Origin: Corallochytrium limacisporum Hawaii
Lineage: Eukaryota > Protista > Pluriformea
Reading direction: 5' to 3'
Assembly (NCBI GenBank): GCA_002811645.1
Contig: PDIP01000094.1
Location: forward strand, 1 to 64,000
DNA: 64,000 nt
The notes beneath the pieces were generated by a model, which was not told the origin of the DNA, searched no databases, and was given only the letters and a program-made list of their open reading frames with translations. This document shows positions 61,953-64,000 of the stretch, piece after piece. The position numbers were made by a program, and so were the translations under genes. Position 1 is the stretch's first letter; each line of letters begins with the position of its first letter.

Positions 61953-62906
61953 ATGGTTCAGTTCTCGGAATGGGCCGATCAGGTCGGTGTTGCGGAGGAG
62001 ATCCGCGAGATCGTGAACGCACTTCTCAAGGCCTCTGACGACATTGCGATCCATTTGCGAGAGAGTCCTGTTCTCCATCATGGGACAGTCAATCTGAGCG
62101 GTGATAACCAACTGAACGTTGATGTAGGGTCCGATAACATTGTTATGGAGGCCTTGGCGAAGTGCCCCGGGGTCACCTGTGCTGCCAGTGAAGAAACTCC
62201 CGAGGAGAAACAGATTCACGATAGTGGAGAATATAGTGTAAGCTTTGATCCTCTTGATGGATCCAGCTGCATCGGTCCCAACCTTGCTGTGGGCAGCATT
62301 TTTGCCATTTGGAAGGCAAAGCACTTCATGGGCAAAACAGGGCAGGACATCGTAGCTAGTGTGGTAGCTGTGCATGGACCTCGCTGCACTGCAATCATTG
62401 GCATTAGCAGGGAATACATGAAGAATGTACCGGGCGATTCGTGTGCAAAAGGCCGCGCGATTGAAGTCACTCTGCTGGGACCGGATGACTGGCAGCTCAC
62501 TGATGATCGGGTCTGGGTCGATGAGAAGGCCAAGACCTACGCTCCAGGTAATCTGCGAGCCATCACCAGCAATCCCGGCTATAAACGCCTAATTAACCAT
62601 TATATGGACAACGAATTCACACTTCGCTACACGGGGGCCATGGTGCCAGACGTGAACCATATTTTCGTTAAGGGACAAGGGGTCTTCACCACCGCACCAC
62701 AGGCAGGCAAAGCTGTCAAGCTGCGCCTACTCTACGAATGTGCGCCCATTGCGCATGCCATGGAATGTGCCAATGGTAAGGCCACCAACGGACACATTGA
62801 CATTCTCGACATTGAAGTGAACCATATGGACCAGCGAACCGGAATCTGCTGCGGTAGCAAAGAGGAAGTCGAGCGCTTTATCGAATACAAGTGTGCCGGT
62901 GTCTGA
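61953..62906 (+). CDS. Sedoheptulose-1,7-bisphosphatase (FBPase class 1 fold)
   Basis: SGDNQLNVD, ASEE, FDPLDGSS and PGNLRA. FTLRYTGAMVPDV is SBPase-type, whereas FBPase has ARYIGSMVADV. Also KLRLLYECAP. ATG at 61953. Confidence 0.85.
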   Translation: MVQFSEWADQVGVAEEIREIVNALLKASDDIAIHLRESPVLHHGTVNLSGDNQLNVDVGSDNIVMEALAKCPGVTCAASEETPEEKQIHDSGEYSVSFDPLDGSSCIGPNLAVGSIFAIWKAKHFMGKTGQDIVASVVAVHGPRCTAIIGISREYMKNVPGDSCAKGRAIEVTLLGPDDWQLTDDRVWVDEKAKTYAPGNLRAITSNPGYKRLINHYMDNEFTLRYTGAMVPDVNHIFVKGQGVFTTAPQAGKAVKLRLLYECAPIAHAMECANGKATNGHIDILDIEVNHMDQRTGICCGSKEEVERFIEYKCAGV

Positions 62907-63123
62907 ACTGGTTTCTTATGTTCGTATGTAATCTCACATGACATACACATAGATTCACGATGTTATCATATCCTAGCAGTCGTTGCGTCCAGGCGCAGTC
63001 GTCTGGAGTAAAGCATGTTTCAAGTTCCCGATCCTAATCTATTCGTTCGTGATGGTGTTGGAGTAAGATATACCAAGTAACACATATCAAAGCCTTGGAC
63101 AACATGATTGGAACTGGTATCCC

Positions 63124-63795
63124 CTACCCTTGATACCGTTCAAAGTGGCAGAAATCTTGGCTTACAAGCCAGTCGGAACCACCTCTAGGTTGCAAGTAAA
63201 GCCTCAGGGTCGTTATCTCGTCTCCAAGTAGAGTTGTGTCGAGGAATCCTTCGCCAAGGCCAAGCTGCTCTGCTGCATGGTGACAATGCTTCAAATACGC
63301 GCGACAGGGCAGGAGGTCCTTGCGGTAGATGGGACCGTCATAACCATCAATTTTGTGCTCTGCAAGTTTCGTGTGGTCTCCATCAAGACATTTCTCTACT
63401 AACTCCTCATCGTCTTTCCACGCCAGGCAGCAGAGCCCTTTGACCGGAGTACTCTTATCCGCTTCCAGGGCATCAACGTAATCCAAATTGTACAAGTGCT
63501 CCCTTTCATAGAATGCAGGCAGCTCGTCGTTCGGAATGTCAAAAATGCAAACCGGCATGTCGGGATGTCCATCTTTCTTAACACAACCCATACCACAGAT
63601 TTCTTCTTCGTCGAGCATGGCAATTCCAATTCGCAAAAAGATCATGCCAACTTGGTTAAAAATCCGCACATGACCAGGAACGTAACCAACCCGGAAATTT
63701 GTCAGACTTGGCATGGTCATGCGAGCGGATCGCTCGGACATGAGGGAGCCGAAGCCAATAATTGTTGTTCTTCCTACCTCTGTAAAGCCAGTCAT
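63124..63795 (-). CDS. Gamma-glutamylcyclotransferase-fold protein of an uncharacterised family
   Basis: IIGFGSLMSERSAR (GGCT-type xGSL loop), AFYERE, LPCRAYLKHC and FLDTTLLGD..TTLRLYL. Confidence 0.75.
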   Translation of the reverse strand: MTGFTEVGRTTIIGFGSLMSERSARMTMPSLTNFRVGYVPGHVRIFNQVGMIFLRIGIAMLDEEEICGMGCVKKDGHPDMPVCIFDIPNDELPAFYEREHLYNLDYVDALEADKSTPVKGLCCLAWKDDEELVEKCLDGDHTKLAEHKIDGYDGPIYRKDLLPCRAYLKHCHHAAEQLGLGEGFLDTTLLGDEITTLRLYLQPRGGSDWLVSQDFCHFERYQG

Positions 63796-64000
63796 CTAGA
63801 ACACAGGTTGTAGTGGACTCTTACTTGCAGATGCGGTCATCACTTTGCAAAAGAACAATGCCCGTGTCAGGCGCAACGTATCTCGACTTCTTCTTTAACT
63901 GATGATCCAATTGGTCAACCAAAACATCACATCCACACAAAAAGTCCTCAACAATGTGTAATTTGTGGGTTGTCCACTTCTCAAGTACCTGTATCTTCCT

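Noticed and set aside
51286-62906. GLDC plus SBPase as a photosynthesis/photorespiration cluster
   Set aside because: GLDC is universal and mitochondrial, SBPase lacks a transit peptide, the two are separated by SAC3, and the other genes indicate an opisthokont.

Overview
Gene-dense, very intron-poor eukaryotic genomic DNA, standard genetic code, with three assembly gaps. A metazoan-like CSL and a small HERC sit alongside a Byr4/Bfa1-like protein and a non-plastid SBPase. This suggests a unicellular opisthokont, probably a holozoan (Corallochytrium-like is a guess, not a determination). About 15 protein-coding genes, in order: Piezo (+, one 8.15 kb ORF), Byr4/Bfa1-like (-), RMND1/DUF155 (+), membrane-anchored LCM-fold methyltransferase-like (-), class V aminotransferase/cysteine desulfurase-like (+), Rad1 (-), CSL/Su(H) (+), HERC3/4-like (-), Kelch-repeat (+, one intron), Yippee (-), DENN-DUF547-PLAT (-, split by a 1-nt frame change), glycine decarboxylase P (-), SAC3/GANP (+), SBPase (+) and a GGCT-fold protein (-). 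I recognised no RNA genes, transposons or CRISPR arrays. The strongest leads are a Byr4/Bfa1 homolog with an N-terminal membrane hairpin, a CSL with an apparent built-in activation domain behind an 8 kb non-coding region with repeated motifs, a probable pseudo-methyltransferase, and recurring intergenic CnGn palindrome/G-tract islands. All family assignments come from motif recognition by eye; no searches were run.
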